Source of the DNA: an uncultured Actinomycetota bacterium
Lineage (GTDB): Bacteria > Actinomycetota > Thermoleophilia > RBG-16-64-13
Length of the DNA: 64,000 bases
Assembly (NCBI GenBank): GCA_963721365.1
Contig: CAVRJE010000023.1
Coordinates: 177,656-241,655 of the forward strand
Reading direction: 5' to 3'
How positions within the stretch are numbered: position 1 is the first letter of the stretch; each line of letters opens with the position of its first letter. Positions 30,172 through 40,883 of this stretch are shown in pieces. A program made the position numbers and the translations under genes. The notes under the pieces are model-generated. The model was given only the letters and a program-made list of their open reading frames with translations. It had not been told where the DNA came from and did no database searches.

Positions 30172-30950
30172 CGTCGTCCCCATCGCGCCCGCCGAAACGC
30201 CGGTCCCGGGCCGCGTAGTCGTCGAGCGCCCGGCGCAGTTCCGCCTTGCCGAAGTCGGGCCACAGCTTCTCGGAGAAGTACAGCTCCGAGTACGCCGTCT
30301 GCCAGAGCAGGAAGTTCGAGAGCCGCTTCTCGCCCGAGGTGCGGATGACCAGATCGGGGTCGCGCATCAGCGGCGAGTAGAGGTGGGCGGCTATGTCGGT
30401 CTCGGTGAGGCCGGCCGGGTCCACCCCGCCGGCCACCGCGTCCCGGGCCGCGTCGACGATCTCCCGGCGGCCCCCGTAGTTGAAGGCGATGAAGAGGATC
30501 ATGCGGGTGTTGGCGGCGGTCAATCCCTCGGCCCACCCCATCCGCGCCAGGAGCTCCTCGCTCAGCCCGTCCCGCCGCCCGACGAACACCACCCGGCAGT
30601 TGTTCTTGTGCAGGGTGGGCACCTCGGAGTCGATCATCTCGATGTGGAGGCGCATGAGCCCTTCCACCTCTTCGGCGGGGCGGTTCCAGTTCTCGGTGGA
30701 GAAGGAGTACAGGGTGAGCTGCCCCATGCCCAAGGTCGCGCGCCTCCTCGATCACGCGGCGGACCGCCTGCACTCCGGCGCGGTGACCGGCGCTGACCGG
30801 CAGGTGGCGGCGGCGCGCCCAGCGGCCGTTGCCGTCCATGATGATGGCCACGTGGTACGGCTTGGCCCCCCCCACGCTGTCTGCGTCGTTCTTGGGGACT
30901 TCGCCCCGCCTACCGGGCAGGACCCGAGTGAGCCAAGCGGGTGCCTTCAC
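30164..30950 (-). pseudogene. uppS: Isoprenyl transferase / undecaprenyl-diphosphate synthase, one frameshift as assembled
   Basis: The N-terminus [27 protein letters not shown] is at the start of ORF 29925..30950. The rest, [14 protein letters not shown]...[15 protein letters not shown], is in ORF 30164..30733. The junction is at the C3/G3 run 30729..30731. Confidence 0.85.
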
Positions 30951-30951
30951 G

Positions 30952-31509
30952 TCAGATCTCGAGGATCTCTTGTTCCTTGTGATGGACCAGCTCGTTGATC
31001 TTCTCGACGTAGCCGTCGGTGAGCTTCTGGACCTCGTCCTCGGCGCGGTGCTCGTCGTCCTCGGAGATCTCGCCTTCCTTCTTCAGGTCTTTGAGGTCGG
31101 CGATGACGTCGCGGCGCACGTTGCGCACCGCTATGCGCGCCTCTTCGGCCATGTTCTTGACGAGCTTGACCAGTTCCTTGCGCCGTTCGGCCGTCAGCGC
31201 AGGGATGTTGAGGCGGATGACCGTACCGTCGGTGTTGGGCGTCAGCGCCAGGTCGGATTCCTGGATGGCCCGCACCACCGCGTTGACGGCGCTCTTGTCG
31301 TAGACGGTGATGGAGATGGTACGAGGATCGGGCGTAGCGAGGTTGGCGAGCTGCTTGAGAGGAGTCCTCGCTCCGTAGTAGTCGACGTGAAGCCGGTCGA
31401 GCAGGCCCGTGGAGGCCCGGCCGGTCCGGACGGTGTTGAACTCGTTGCGCAGCGCCTCGACCGCGCTGTCCATGCGCCTCTTGCCGTCGGCAATGAGCTC
31501 CTTGATCAT
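30952..31509 (-). CDS. frr: Ribosome recycling factor
   Basis: ORF 30952..31509, 185 aa: [27 protein letters not shown]. Confidence 0.95.
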   Translation of the reverse strand: MIKELIADGKRRMDSAVEALRNEFNTVRTGRASTGLLDRLHVDYYGARTPLKQLANLATPDPRTISITVYDKSAVNAVVRAIQESDLALTPNTDGTVIRLNIPALTAERRKELVKLVKNMAEEARIAVRNVRRDVIADLKDLKKEGEISEDDEHRAEDEVQKLTDGYVEKINELVHHKEQEILEI

Positions 31510-31510
31510 G

Positions 31511-32251
31511 CTAGCCCCTTCCGTTCGGTTCGCTTGTGACTATCGTGCCCACCCGCTCGCCGCGAAGCACGCGCCGGATGTTCTCCGGCACGCTCATGTT
31601 GAAGACCACGATGGGCAGCCCGTTGTCCATGCAAAGCGCGAAGGCCGTCGAGTCCATGACGCGGAGGCCGCGCTCCAGCGCCTCCCGGTGCGTGATCTGC
31701 TCGATCATGGTGGCCGTCGGATCGGTCTCGGGATCGCCGCTGTAGACCCCGTCGTACTTCTTCTTGCCCATGAGAAGACATTCGGCCCCGATCTCGAGCG
31801 CGCGAAGCGCGGCGGCGGTGTCGGTGCTGAAGAACGGGTTGCCGGTGCCCGCAGCGAAGATCACCACCCGCCCCTTCTCCAGGTGGCGGATGGCCCGGCC
31901 CCGGATGTACGGCTCGCAGACCTCCTGCATGGCGATGGCCGAGAGCACCCGGGACTGGGTGGAGAACTTGCGCAAGGCGTCCTGCAGGGCCATGGAGTTC
32001 ATGACCGTGGCCAGCATACCCATGTAGTCGGCGGTGGCCCGGTCGATGCCCTGGGAAGCGCCGGACACGCCCCGAAAGATGTTGCCGGCGCCCACGACTA
32101 TCGCCACCTCGGTGCCACCGGCGACCACATGGCCTATTTCCTGGGCGACAGCGCGGAGGCGCACCGGATCGATGCCGTATTGCAGGTCACCCATGAGGGC
32201 TTCGCCGCTGAGCTTGAGCAGAACCCTCTTGCACACCGGTTGCTGGGTCAT
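31511..32251 (-). CDS. pyrH: UMP kinase
   Basis: ORF 31511..32251: [32 protein letters not shown]. Confidence 0.95.
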   Translation of the reverse strand: MTQQPVCKRVLLKLSGEALMGDLQYGIDPVRLRAVAQEIGHVVAGGTEVAIVVGAGNIFRGVSGASQGIDRATADYMGMLATVMNSMALQDALRKFSTQSRVLSAIAMQEVCEPYIRGRAIRHLEKGRVVIFAAGTGNPFFSTDTAAALRALEIGAECLLMGKKKYDGVYSGDPETDPTATMIEQITHREALERGLRVMDSTAFALCMDNGLPIVVFNMSVPENIRRVLRGERVGTIVTSEPNGRG

Positions 32252-32323
32252 ATCTCCTCGCTTCGGCTCACCTTCGCGGCGCCGGTAGCGCCCCGAGGTC
32301 CTCTGTACTGCAGCGGGTGTTCT

Positions 32324-32926
32324 TTAGGCCACCCCGTCGCCCACGCGGAAGCGTGCGAACCGCCGGATCTCGATGTTCTCGCCTATCTTAGCGACGATCT
32401 CGCGCCGCAGTTCCTCGATAGTCTTGTCGGGGTCCTTGACGAACGGCTGCTCGAGCAGGACGACATCGGCGTACCACTTGCCCAGCTTGCCCTCGGCGAT
32501 CTTGGCGATCACGGCTTCCGGCTTGCCGGAGGCTTTCGCCTGCGCGGCGTAGATCTCCATCTCGGCGGCCTTCGTGTCCTCGGGGATGTCCTCGCGGGAG
32601 ACCCACAGCGGGCTGGCAGCGGCTATGTGCATGGCCACGTCGTGGACGAAGGCCTTGAAGTCGTCGTTGCGCGCGACGAAGTCGGTCTCGCAGTTGACCT
32701 CGATCAACACGCCGACCTTGGCGCCGGGATGGATGTAGTAGTCGATCATGCCCTCGTTGACCGCCCGCGACGACTTCTTGTCGGCGGTCGCCATGCCCTT
32801 CTTGCGCAGGATCTTGAGGGCCTCGTCCATGTCACCCTCAGCCTCGGTAAGGGCCATCTTGCAGTCCATGATGCCCGCGCCGCACGCGTCGCGGAGCTTC
32901 TTCACCAGTCCAGCGTCAACACTCAT
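32324..32926 (-). CDS. tsf: Elongation factor Ts (short, about 200 aa form)
   Basis: ORF 32324..32941. I prefer ATG 32926 (MSVDAGLVKKLRDACGAGIMDCKMAL), which has GGAGG 8 nt upstream. Confidence 0.92.
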   Translation of the reverse strand: MSVDAGLVKKLRDACGAGIMDCKMALTEAEGDMDEALKILRKKGMATADKKSSRAVNEGMIDYYIHPGAKVGVLIEVNCETDFVARNDDFKAFVHDVAMHIAAASPLWVSREDIPEDTKAAEMEIYAAQAKASGKPEAVIAKIAEGKLGKWYADVVLLEQPFVKDPDKTIEELRREIVAKIGENIEIRRFARFRVGDGVA

Positions 32927-33028
32927 ATCGCTTGCCTCCATCGAGACGGTAATGTTCGTTCAAATCCCCGGACGCAGCGCGATCTCAGGGTCGAGGTCCG
33001 GAGGGCGATCGGCCCCCGGCTCCTTCGG

Positions 33029-34081
33029 TCAGGCCTCTTCGCGGGTCTCGCCGAGCACTTCGTCGGCCGGCTTCTCCGCCGCGGCCGGAGAGTCCGCAGG
33101 CGCCGCAGGCGCCGAGAAGCGGCCGCGGGCCGCGGAGCGCTCGGGCGCCTCGCCGGTGCCGGGCGGCTGCTCGCATCGTCACGCCCGGCTGGGCGCGCCG
33201 GTCCGCTCGAGCGGCCGGCTCCAGGCCGGCCCGGGCCTCCGGGACGACGGTCGCCGGACTGCGGCCGCTGCCCCCGGGAGTCACGAGAACGGGAACCGCC
33301 GTCGCCCCCGCCCTCGCGACCTTCTTCAGACGCCCGCGCGGCCTGAGCCTGGGCTGCCTCCCTGGCTGCTTCCGCAGCGAGGAAGTCGGATATCTGGAAC
33401 TTCTGCCGGCCTTCTTCGACGGCGCGGACGAGGGTCTTCACGATCAGGCTGCAGGAGCGGATTGCGTCGTCGTTGCCCGGTATCAAGTAGTCGACCTCGT
33501 CGGGGTCGCAGTTGGTGTCGACCAGCCCGATCAGAGGCAGGCCGAGCTTGGTCACTTCTTTGGTGGCGATGGCTTCCCTCTTCGGGTCGGCGACGAAGAC
33601 CGCGTCGGGCAGCCGGGTCATGGTGCTGACGCCGCCCAGGTTGATCTCGAGCTTCTCGAGTTCGCGCTCCATGCCCATCCGCTCTTTGGTGGGCAGGAGG
33701 CCGAGCTGGCCTTCTTCCTTCAGTTTGCGCAACTCGTGCATGCGTTGGATGCGTTTCTCGATGGTGCTGAAGTTGGTCAACAAGGCCGCCGAGCCAGCGG
33801 TGGGACACGTAGGGCATGCCCACGCGGGAGGCCTCGTCGCGAATGATGTCCTGGCACTGCTTCTTGGTGCCCACGAACAGCACCGTGCCGCCCCGGGCCG
33901 CGATATTGCGGACGAAGTCGTACGAGCGGTCCAGAAGGACGGTGGTCTGCTGAAGATCGATGATGTGGATGCCGCCCCGTTCGGTGAAGATGTAGGGCTT
34001 CATCTTGGGGTTCCACCGGCGAGTCTGGTGGCCGAAGTGCACTCCTGATTCCAGGAGTTGCTTCATTGATGCTGCGGGCAT
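33029..34081 (-). pseudogene. rpsB: 30S ribosomal protein S2, at least 2 frame changes as assembled
   Basis: The N-terminal part is in ORF 33326..34150 ([27 protein letters not shown]...HRWLGG). The body is in ORF 32923..33783 ([11 protein letters not shown]...[20 protein letters not shown]). The acidic tail is best read in a third frame, ending AEKPADEVLGETREEA with a stop at 33029. The first junction is near 33780. Confidence 0.82.
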
Positions 34082-34209
34082 GCTTACCTCACTCTTGGTT
34101 TTGTTACGTATCTCCCGAGGCTCGCTCCGGAACCGGTATCCCGGCACCACCGGCGCGCTTCGTCCTCAGGATCGCTGGTATTGAGCGGCAGGAGTTTACC
34201 ATAAGAAAG

Positions 34210-34246
34210 TCTGAAAAAGCCGCCCGGCTGAAGCCCGCGGCGGCTT
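34210..34246 (-). terminator. Intrinsic terminator after the WhiG/FliA-type sigma gene
   Basis: On the minus strand: AGCCGCC (34244..34238) and GGCGGCT (34223..34217) form a 7-bp stem around a 14-nt loop, followed by TTTTTC. An extended -10-like TGgTAAACT follows, upstream of rpsB. Confidence 0.6.
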
Positions 34247-34283
34247 GTGGCTCGGCGCCGGATAGCGGCTGGCCGGCCGGGCC

Positions 34284-35084
34284 TCACTGCACGAGAGCGT
34301 CGAGATCCAGGTCTTCCTTGATCCGCCCCCGCAGCCGGAGGATGGCCTTGGTGTGGAGCTGAGATATCCGCGATTCGGTGACTCCCAGCACCTCGCCGAT
34401 CTCCTTCAAAGTCAGGCCCTCGTAGTAGTAGAGCCCTATGACGATCCGCTCCCGTTCGGGCAGGCGCTGGATAGCGGCCGCGAGTATCTCCTTGACCGCC
34501 TGCTTCCGGTAGGCCCGGGACGGGTCGGGCGCGTCCGTGTCCTCGATCGTGTCGATCAGGTTGATCTTGTCCTGCCCCTGACCGGGCGCGTCCCAGAACT
34601 CGTCCAGCGCCACCACCGAGGCGCAGCTGATCTGGTTGAGGATCTCATGGAACTCGTCGACCTCCACGCACAGGTCGGCGGCGATCTCCTCGTCGGTGGG
34701 GGCGCGGGTCAACTGGTTCTCCAGCCTGGTGATGCTCGCCTCCACCTTGCGGGCCCAACTCCGCACCGACCGCGGCACCCAGTCGAGTGCGCGCAACTCG
34801 TCGATGATGGAGCCCTTTATCCGCGAGATGGCGTACGTCTCGAACTTGATGTTCCGGGACAGGTCGAACCGCTCCAGCGCACCGATCAGGCCCAGCAGGC
34901 CATAGGAGACGAGGTCGGCCTCCTCGATGTGCGCCGGCAACCCGCTGCTCATGCGGCCGGCTACGTACTTGACCAGAGGCGAGTAGGCCAGGATCAGCTG
35001 ATCGCGCGCCCGCTGATCGCGCTCCTCCTTGTAGAGGCGCCAGTACTCAGCGATGTCGTGCTGCTTTGTCGGGTCGACGATCAT
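34284..35084 (-). CDS. Group 3 sigma-70 family factor, FliA/WhiG type
   Basis: ORF 34284..35084, 266 aa. Region 2: LVSYGLLGLIGALERFD, FETYAISRIKGSIIDELR. Region 3. Region 4.2: LTLKEIGEVLGVTESRISQLHTKAILRLR. Confidence 0.85.
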   Translation of the reverse strand: MIVDPTKQHDIAEYWRLYKEERDQRARDQLILAYSPLVKYVAGRMSSGLPAHIEEADLVSYGLLGLIGALERFDLSRNIKFETYAISRIKGSIIDELRALDWVPRSVRSWARKVEASITRLENQLTRAPTDEEIAADLCVEVDEFHEILNQISCASVVALDEFWDAPGQGQDKINLIDTIEDTDAPDPSRAYRKQAVKEILAAAIQRLPERERIVIGLYYYEGLTLKEIGEVLGVTESRISQLHTKAILRLRGRIKEDLDLDALVQ

Positions 35085-35096
35085 CAGTGCCGCTCT

Positions 35097-36096
35097 CTAC
35101 GCCCGGGGATGCGCTTTGCGATACGCTCGCCGGAGGTGGGCCGCCGAGACATGGGTGTACACCTGTGTCGTGCGGAGCGAGGAGTGGCCCAGCATCTCCT
35201 GGATGACCCGCAGGTCTGCCCCGCCCTCGAGCAGATGAGTGGCGAACGAATGGCGCAGGGTGTGAGGAGACGTCCCCCGTGGAGCGCCCGCCCGGGCGAG
35301 ATACCGGGCAAGCCGCCGCTGCACGTCGGACGACGAGAGCGGGCGTCCCGTGCGGCTGAGGAAGACGTGATCGTCCTGGGCGGCTTCCTTGAGCAGCCGG
35401 GAGCGCCCCTCGCGTAGATAGCGTTCCAATGCGTCCAGCGCGACCTCCCCCACCGGTATCACCCGCACCTTCCGCCCCTTGCCCTTGACGCGAACTTCAC
35501 GCGACCCCAGATTGATGTCCCGCAACTGCAGGTCCAGCACTTCCTGACAGCGCAATCCGCTTGAGTATATCAACTCGAACAGCGCTCTATCCCGCACTTC
35601 TAGGGGCTTGTCGCCGCCCATGGCCTCGAGCAGATCGGCCGTCTGGACTGGGGTCAGCACCTGGGGAAGACGCCGCGGCACCCGGGGCGACCCTACTCCC
35701 GCCCCCGGGCTGGCCTCGATGAGGCCGTTGTCCTCGCAGAACCCCAAGGAAGCTCCTGATGACCGACAGCTTGCGGGCGATGGTGCTGCGCGCGTACGGC
35801 CTCTGCGTCTCCTCTTTGGGTCGGAGGCGTACGGCAGCGGGAGGGAAGACGGCGCCGTTGCGCCCCGGGTCGGCGAGAGCCGCCGCGAAGTCGCTCACGT
35901 CGGTGCGGGTGATGGCGCTCGGGCGCTCCACGCCCCGCTCGCCGAGAAAGGAGGCGAATTGCTGGAGGTCGGTCGCCGAGGCCTTGATGGTACGCATGCT
36001 GTAGTCGGCGGCGATCAGACCGCGCAGAAAGGCGGCGATGGCCCCTTCCACCTCCGCCGGCGCTTTCGATCGCGCTGACACGTCCGCTTCCTGCAT
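35097..36096 (-). pseudogene. xerC: Tyrosine recombinase XerC/XerD type, one frameshift as assembled
   Basis: The N-terminal SAM-like domain is in ORF 35587..36096 (IAAFLRGLIAADYSMRTIKASATDLQQF). The catalytic domain is in ORF 35097..35747 (RDRALFELIYSSGLRCQE, HTLRHSFATHLL, LGHSSLRTTQVYTHV). The junction is in the G4/C4 run 35752..35755. Confidence 0.85.
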
Positions 36097-36118
36097 CGAC
36101 CTCCGCCGCGCCTCTCAC

Positions 36119-37278
36119 TCAGGGCGCTCTGATGTAGAGTCCCGGTCCGGCCCTTGTGGCCAGTCCGGCCAATTCCAGCTCCGCCAGAGCGACGGTCAGG
36201 CGCCTGGCGGTCATCCCCGTCCGGGGCACCAGAGCGTCGATAGAGCGAGGCTGCTCCTCCATGGCTTCGAGGATCGCCTCCCTCCCGGCCGCGACCAGTT
36301 CGCGGAAAGGATCCTGCCCGCTCCCCGGCCGGGTAGCCGGGCTTCGCGTTCCGGAGGTCGACGCTCTCCCCTCTCGATTCTGGTTTGAAGAAGGAACTCC
36401 TCTACAGTCGCGTCCGGGTCCAGGGCCGGGATCGCGCCGTCTCGCATCAGCAGATTACAGCCCCGGTGGCTCTCGACGTAGATAGAACCCGGCACGGCGA
36501 AGACCGGCCGGCCCAGAGTAGCGCCCTGATCGGCGGTCTGCATGGCGCCGCTGGTGGGTGAACCCTCGACGACGACCACCGCGTCGCCGAGCGCGGCCAG
36601 CAGCCGGTTGCGGTTGGGGAAGGTCCACGGCGCCGGGGGAGCGCCGGGAGGCAGCTCGCTCATCACCACCCCTTTTTCGACTATGAGCTGGTACAAGGCC
36701 CCGATGGCGCCGTGGATAGACGATGTCCGCCCCGCACCCGAGCACGGCGACGGTCAGACCGCGCACGTCCAGGGCCGCCTCGTGAGACCGCCCGTCAACG
36801 CCGAGCGCCATGCCGCTGACCACGGCGATGCCCCGCGCGGCGAACGCCGCGGCAATCTCGCGCGCGGCCCGCGTGCCGTAGGCGGTGGCTCGCCGAGTGC
36901 CGACGATGGTGACCCGCGGAAGTCTAAGCAGCGCTTCAAGCTTCTCCTCGTCCCCCTTGACGAACAGCCCGACGGGGGGATGGGACAGGTTCGTCAATTC
37001 TTGCGGGTAGGCGGGGGTTCCGAAGGCCGCAAACCGCAGCCCGGCCGCCTTCAAGCTGCCCTCCGCCTCCCGCCACACCTGCCCACCGCCTCGATCTCAC
37101 AAACCGCTGCACGGCCGCTTCCGCCACGTCCTCTGCCAACAGTCGCGATTGCGGCGCGCTCCAGATCTCCTCCGGGCTCATACGTCTTGAGAAGCCTCAG
37201 CAGCGAATTGCCGCCGGAGTGGCAGACATAGGCCAGACCGAGCGCAGCCCGGTATCTCTCGTCGCTCGCCGCCGACAT
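36119..37278 (-). pseudogene. dprA: DNA-processing protein DprA/Smf, at least 4 frame changes as assembled
   Basis: Pieces:
- MSAASDERYRAALGLAYV (tail of ORF 37051..37740)
- SPEEIWSAPQSRLLAE (ORF 36936..37181)
- VTIVGTRRATAYGTRAAREIA..GIAVVSGMALGVDG (ORF 36455..37078)
- FPNRNRLLAALGDAVVVVEG (ORF 36211..36696)
- unlisted C-terminal wHTH REAILEAMEEQPRSIDALVPRTGMTARRLTVALAELELAG, followed by a stop at 36119. Confidence 0.8.
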
Positions 37279-38823
37279 CAGACGAAGGCCAGCCGACGAT
37301 GGTCGAGCCGCAGGGACAGGGCCTCGGCCAGGTGCTCGGCCGACACGTCCTCGAGGCCATCGAGGTCGGCGATGGTCCGGGCAAGACCGGCGACCCGCAC
37401 GTACGCCCGCCCGCTCAGCGCGTCGCGCACCAGAGCCTGGCGCAGCAATGATCGTGCCTCGAGCGTGAACCGGTTGCGGGTTTCGGCGGAACGTTGCCCG
37501 TTCTGCGCGGCCCGCTCTTCGCGCTCCCGGCGGAACTCCCGAGCGGCCGTGACCCGCTCCCGCACCGCGGCGGAGGGTTCCAGCGCCGACCGGTCGTCCA
37601 GAGCGGCGAGCGTCAGCGGCGGGACCTCGATGAGGGCGTCCACTCGGTCGAGCAGAGGGCCGCTCACCCTGGCCCGGTACCGCTCGATTGCGGCGGCCGG
37701 ACATCGGCACGGCTTCGTGGGGTGCCCCAGATAGCCGCACGGACAGGGGTTCATGGCGGCCACCAGCGTGCAGGCGGCGGGGAAGACGGATGTACCGGAG
37801 CGCCTGGAGATCACGACACAGCCTTCCTCCAGGGGTTGGCGCAGCGACTCGAGAGCGTCCCGCGAGAACTCCGGGAACTCGTCGAGAAAGAGCACGCCGC
37901 GATGCGCCAGGCTCACCTCACCCGGACGCAGGGTCATTCCGCCGCCGACGAGCGCGGCGCGCGAGGCCGTGTGGTGCGGCGCTCGGAAGGGCCGTTCCTT
38001 GATGAGCCCCGCCCTGGTGGCCTGCAGACCCGCGGCGCTCCACACCCGGGTCACGTCCACGGCCTCGTCCCGGGTGAGATCCGGCAGGATGCCGGGCAGC
38101 CGGCGGGCAAGCATGGTCTTGCCCGCCCCCGGGGAGCCGACCATCAGCAGGTGGTGTCCGCCGGCGGCCACGATCTCCAGGGCCCGCTTGGCCTGATGTT
38201 GGCCGAGCACCTGGTCGAAGTCGAGCATCTCCCCGGCTGCCCCGGGCGCCGCGCCTTCTCCGCGGGACCGCAGCCAGCGCCGGCCTCTCTCGAGCACCCT
38301 CTCTCTCCGGCCACGTCTCGTGCCACCCGGACGGCCTCCGCCAGCGAGCGCACCCCCGCGACCGGCATCTGCGCCACCTCCGACGCCGCCGGCAGCCCCT
38401 CGATGGGGGTCACAGAAGGCGGACACCCACTCCGCCGGCCGCTTCGGCGACCGACACCATGCCCCGGGTGGGCCGCACCAGGCCGTCCAGCGACACCTCT
38501 CCCACCGCCCCGATGTCGCGGACGGCCTCGGGGGGCAGGTACCCGCAGGCCGCAAGAGTGGCCAGCGCGACCGGCAGATCGAATCCCGAGCCCTCCTTGG
38601 GCACGTCACCCGGGCTCAGGTTGATGGTTATCCGGCGGGTGGGCAGCGGAAGCCCGCACGACGCCGCGCCCGAGCGCACTCGCTCCCTCGCTTCGCGGAC
38701 GGCCGCGCCGGGAAGGCCCACGATGGTCACGCCCGGCAGGCCGTTGCGGGCATGGGCCTCCACGCGGACGGGCACGGCCTCGATGCCGACGAGAGCGAAG
38801 CCCCAGACCGACGCGACCGACAT
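37278..38823 (-). pseudogene. comM: Mg-chelatase-like AAA+ protein ComM/YifB, at least 3 frame changes as assembled
   Basis: The N-terminal Lon-protease-like part MSVASVWGFALVGIEAVPVRVEAH...FDLPVALATLAA is the tail of ORF 38410..39765. The middle part is in ORF 38144..38413. The AAA+ core is in ORF 37278..38609 (MVGSPGAGKTMLARRL, VLFLDEFPEF, NPCPCGY). Confidence 0.82.
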
Positions 38824-38846
38824 CAGCCCCACCCCTGCCCGACCAT

Positions 38847-39240
38847 CAGCCGCCGCCCTCTCCGAGGATGTCCTTGACGTGCTCGAGGCTGCACGGCAGG
38901 CCGAAGCCGTCCAGGGCGACCACGACCGCGTCGAATCGCAGCGAGCACGGCAGCAGCCCCCGCTCCGACAGCCACCACATGGCGGCCGCCCGAAGCCTCC
39001 GGGCCTTGCGCGGACCGATGGCTTCAAGGCCGAGCCGTACTCGTCGCCCGAGCGGGCCTTGACTTCGACGACCACGACCTGCGACCAGGTGCGGCAGACG
39101 AGGTCGAGTTCACCCAAGGGCGTCCGTTGATTCTTGGCGAGCACGCGGTACCCTCTCTCGGAGAGGAAGGAGGCCGCGACCTGCTCGCCGGTGCGGCCGC
39201 GGACCACACGGTCGAGGCCGGAGCGGGCATCATCGATCAA
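38847..39240 (-). pseudogene. yraN: YraN-family (UPF0102) endonuclease-like protein, one frameshift as assembled
   Basis: GRTGEQVAASFLSERGYRVLAKNQRTPLGELDLVCR...VVVEVKARSGDEYGS lies inside ORF 38410..39765. The sequence then reads in another frame as LEAIGPRKARRLRAAAMWWLSERG...DILGEGGG, ending at the stop at 38847. The start is uncertain: either TTG 39240 or ATG 39233 in another frame. Confidence 0.7.
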
Positions 39241-39294
39241 CTCTCCTCCTTCGGCAGTGCGTACGGACAACTCCAAACCGGAGGCTAGTGCAGA

Positions 39295-40149
39295 GTGGAG
39301 CGCCAAGAGTCCGACTTTGGTTTCACTGAGGCGCAGGCGGCGGCCTTCGCCGGCGAGGTGTGGGACCACCACAAACGCAATCGCCGCGACCTGCCCTGGC
39401 GCCGCACCCGCGACCCCTACGAGATCCTGGTCTCGGAGGTCATGCTGCAGCAGACCCAGGTCGCCCGGGTGCAACTCAAGTACGGCCGGTTCCTTGCGTC
39501 GTTCCCCACCGTGCATTCGCTCTCGGCGGCGCCCGTGGCCGACGTCCTCGCCGCCTGGTCCGGCCTGGGCTACAACCGGCGGGCGCTGTCTCTGCACCGG
39601 GCGGCGAAGATGACGGTCGACCGAGCACGAGGGCCGCATCCCCACGTCCCCTGCGGAGCTGCGGCGGCTTCCCGGGGTCGGTCCCGCTACGGCCGCGGCG
39701 GTCTCTGCGTTCGCGTTCGGCCGGCCGCAGCCGTTCATCGAGACCAACATCCGATCGGCCTTCATCCACTTCTTCTTTCAAGAATCAACGTCCGTGTCCG
39801 ACGCCGACATCCTCCCTCTCGTGGAGAAGACCATGGACCGGGACGACCCCCGCGAGTGGTTCTACGCGCTTATGGACTACGGCGTCTGGGTCAAGAAGAC
39901 CTACGGCAACCCTAGCCGGAAGAGCAAGCACCACACGGTCCAGTCGCCGTTCGCCGGCTCGCGGCGCGAGATGCGAGCGAGGGCTCTCGAGGCGCTGCTG
40001 GCGATAGCCCCCGGACCGCGACGGCGGACGCCGTGCGCACCATGCTGCCCGGTCCCTCCCGCGACCTGGACGAGCTGGTCTCGGTCCTCGACGATCTGGC
40101 CGGGGAGGGGTTCTTGAAGAAGGAGACGGAGGGCTACCGCATCGCCTGA
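39295..40149 (+). pseudogene. HhH-GPD superfamily base-excision DNA glycosylase (MutY/EndoIII-like, no Fe-S Cys cluster) with C-terminal wHTH. Two frameshifts as assembled.
   Basis: Starts in ORF 39295..39915 (DLPWRRTRDPYEILVSEVMLQQTQV...GLGYNRRA). Shifts near 39620 into EHEGRIPTSPAELRRLPGVGPATAAAVSAFAFG...(ORF 39794..40117). Shifts near 40002 into DSPRTATADAVRTML...LAGEGFLKKETEGYRIA, with a stop at 40147..40149. Confidence 0.75.
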
Positions 40150-40873
40150 TCGGAATCCCGCGGATCGGCGGGCTCCGGGCCGTCGTCCCACAGCTCGAGT
40201 TGAGGGCAGGCCACGCCGCGAAAGCTGAGGCGGTGGATGGCGCACGGGCCCGTGGACCCGCAGGGCCTCCCTGTGGCGGCCGGTGGCGTAGCCCACGTGT
40301 TCCTCGAACCCGTACTCGGGGTACTCGACGGCCAGCGACCGCATGAGCCGGTCACGCACCACCTTCGCCACCACCGACGCCGCCGCGACAGCCGCGCTCT
40401 TGTAGTCGGCCCCGATGATCGCCCGGGCGTTGAGTTCCGGACGCTTGAGGTCGAAGGCGTCGACCACGGCCAGCGAGTACTCGCCGGCGAGCGAGTCGAG
40501 CGCCGTGCACAGCGCCGCGAGGTTGCAGCGATGCAGTCCCACCCGGTCGATGGTCGCGGGCGAGAAGGCCACGCACGACACGCGCGCGGCCCGCTGCAGG
40601 ACCAGCGGATACGCGGTCTCCCGGGCCTCGCGGGTCATCAGTTTCGAGTCGGTGAGCCGTTCGAGGCCGCGAAAAGGTGCCGAGGAGTAGTCGAAGACGA
40701 CCGCCGCGGCCACCAGCGGCCCGGCCAGACAGCCCCGCCCGGCCTCGTCCGTCCCGGCCAGCCGGAGTGTCAGGTGCCTCGCCGTCGCGCGCCGCGGCCT
40801 CCTCCAGGAGGTGCCGGTCGAAGCGGAAGGGATCGGAGGCCCGTCCGGCCCTTCTGGCGCCGCCCGGGGCCAT
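40134..40873 (-). pseudogene. rnhB: Ribonuclease HII, at least 3 frame changes as assembled
   Basis: The N-terminus DPFRFDRHLLEEAAA is in ORF 40352..40945. AGTDEAGRGCLAGPL is in an unlisted frame. VAAAVVFDY...DSKLMT...AAASVVAKVVRD...EHVGYATGRH is in ORF 39901..40713. The tail AIHRLSF is in ORF 40134..40355. Confidence 0.8.
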
Positions 40874-40883
40874 CCCGCGACTA

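Noticed and set aside
29925-30950. 341-aa minus-strand ORF
   Set aside because: Only its first ~75 aa (uppS N-terminus) and last ~70 aa (a cdsA transmembrane segment) are genuine. The middle is out-of-frame uppS. The same reasoning applies to 58792..59679 (pyrD C-terminus fused to mihF) and 60181..61299 (carB tail fused to pyrK).
27007-30950. Programmed ribosomal frameshifting, or recoding, as an explanation for the broken genes
   Set aside because: The shifts occur in both directions, up to ten or more per gene, and at unrelated sequences without slippery heptamers or downstream structures. They often come in compensating pairs a few dozen nt apart. No known recoding mechanism fits. Indel error is far more parsimonious.
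35097-36096. Tyrosine recombinase as a marker of an integrated mobile element
   Set aside because: It has XerC/XerD-type motifs and sits in the conserved dprA-xerC-(sigma)-rpsB housekeeping neighbourhood. There is no adjacent tRNA, repeats, phage or transposon genes. It is a chromosome dimer resolvase and not an island integrase.
36119-39240. dprA-comM-yraN as a possible novel competence or defence module
   Set aside because: This trio (in the order yraN-comM-dprA) is a widely conserved housekeeping cluster found next to rnhB/lepB/rplS in many Gram-positive genomes. Nothing beyond the frameshifts is unusual.
38410-39765. 451-aa minus-strand ORF
   Set aside because: It is a chimera of three things: the antisense strand of the plus-strand glycosylase gene, most of yraN, and the N-terminal domain of comM. 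They are fused only because no stop occurs in this frame.
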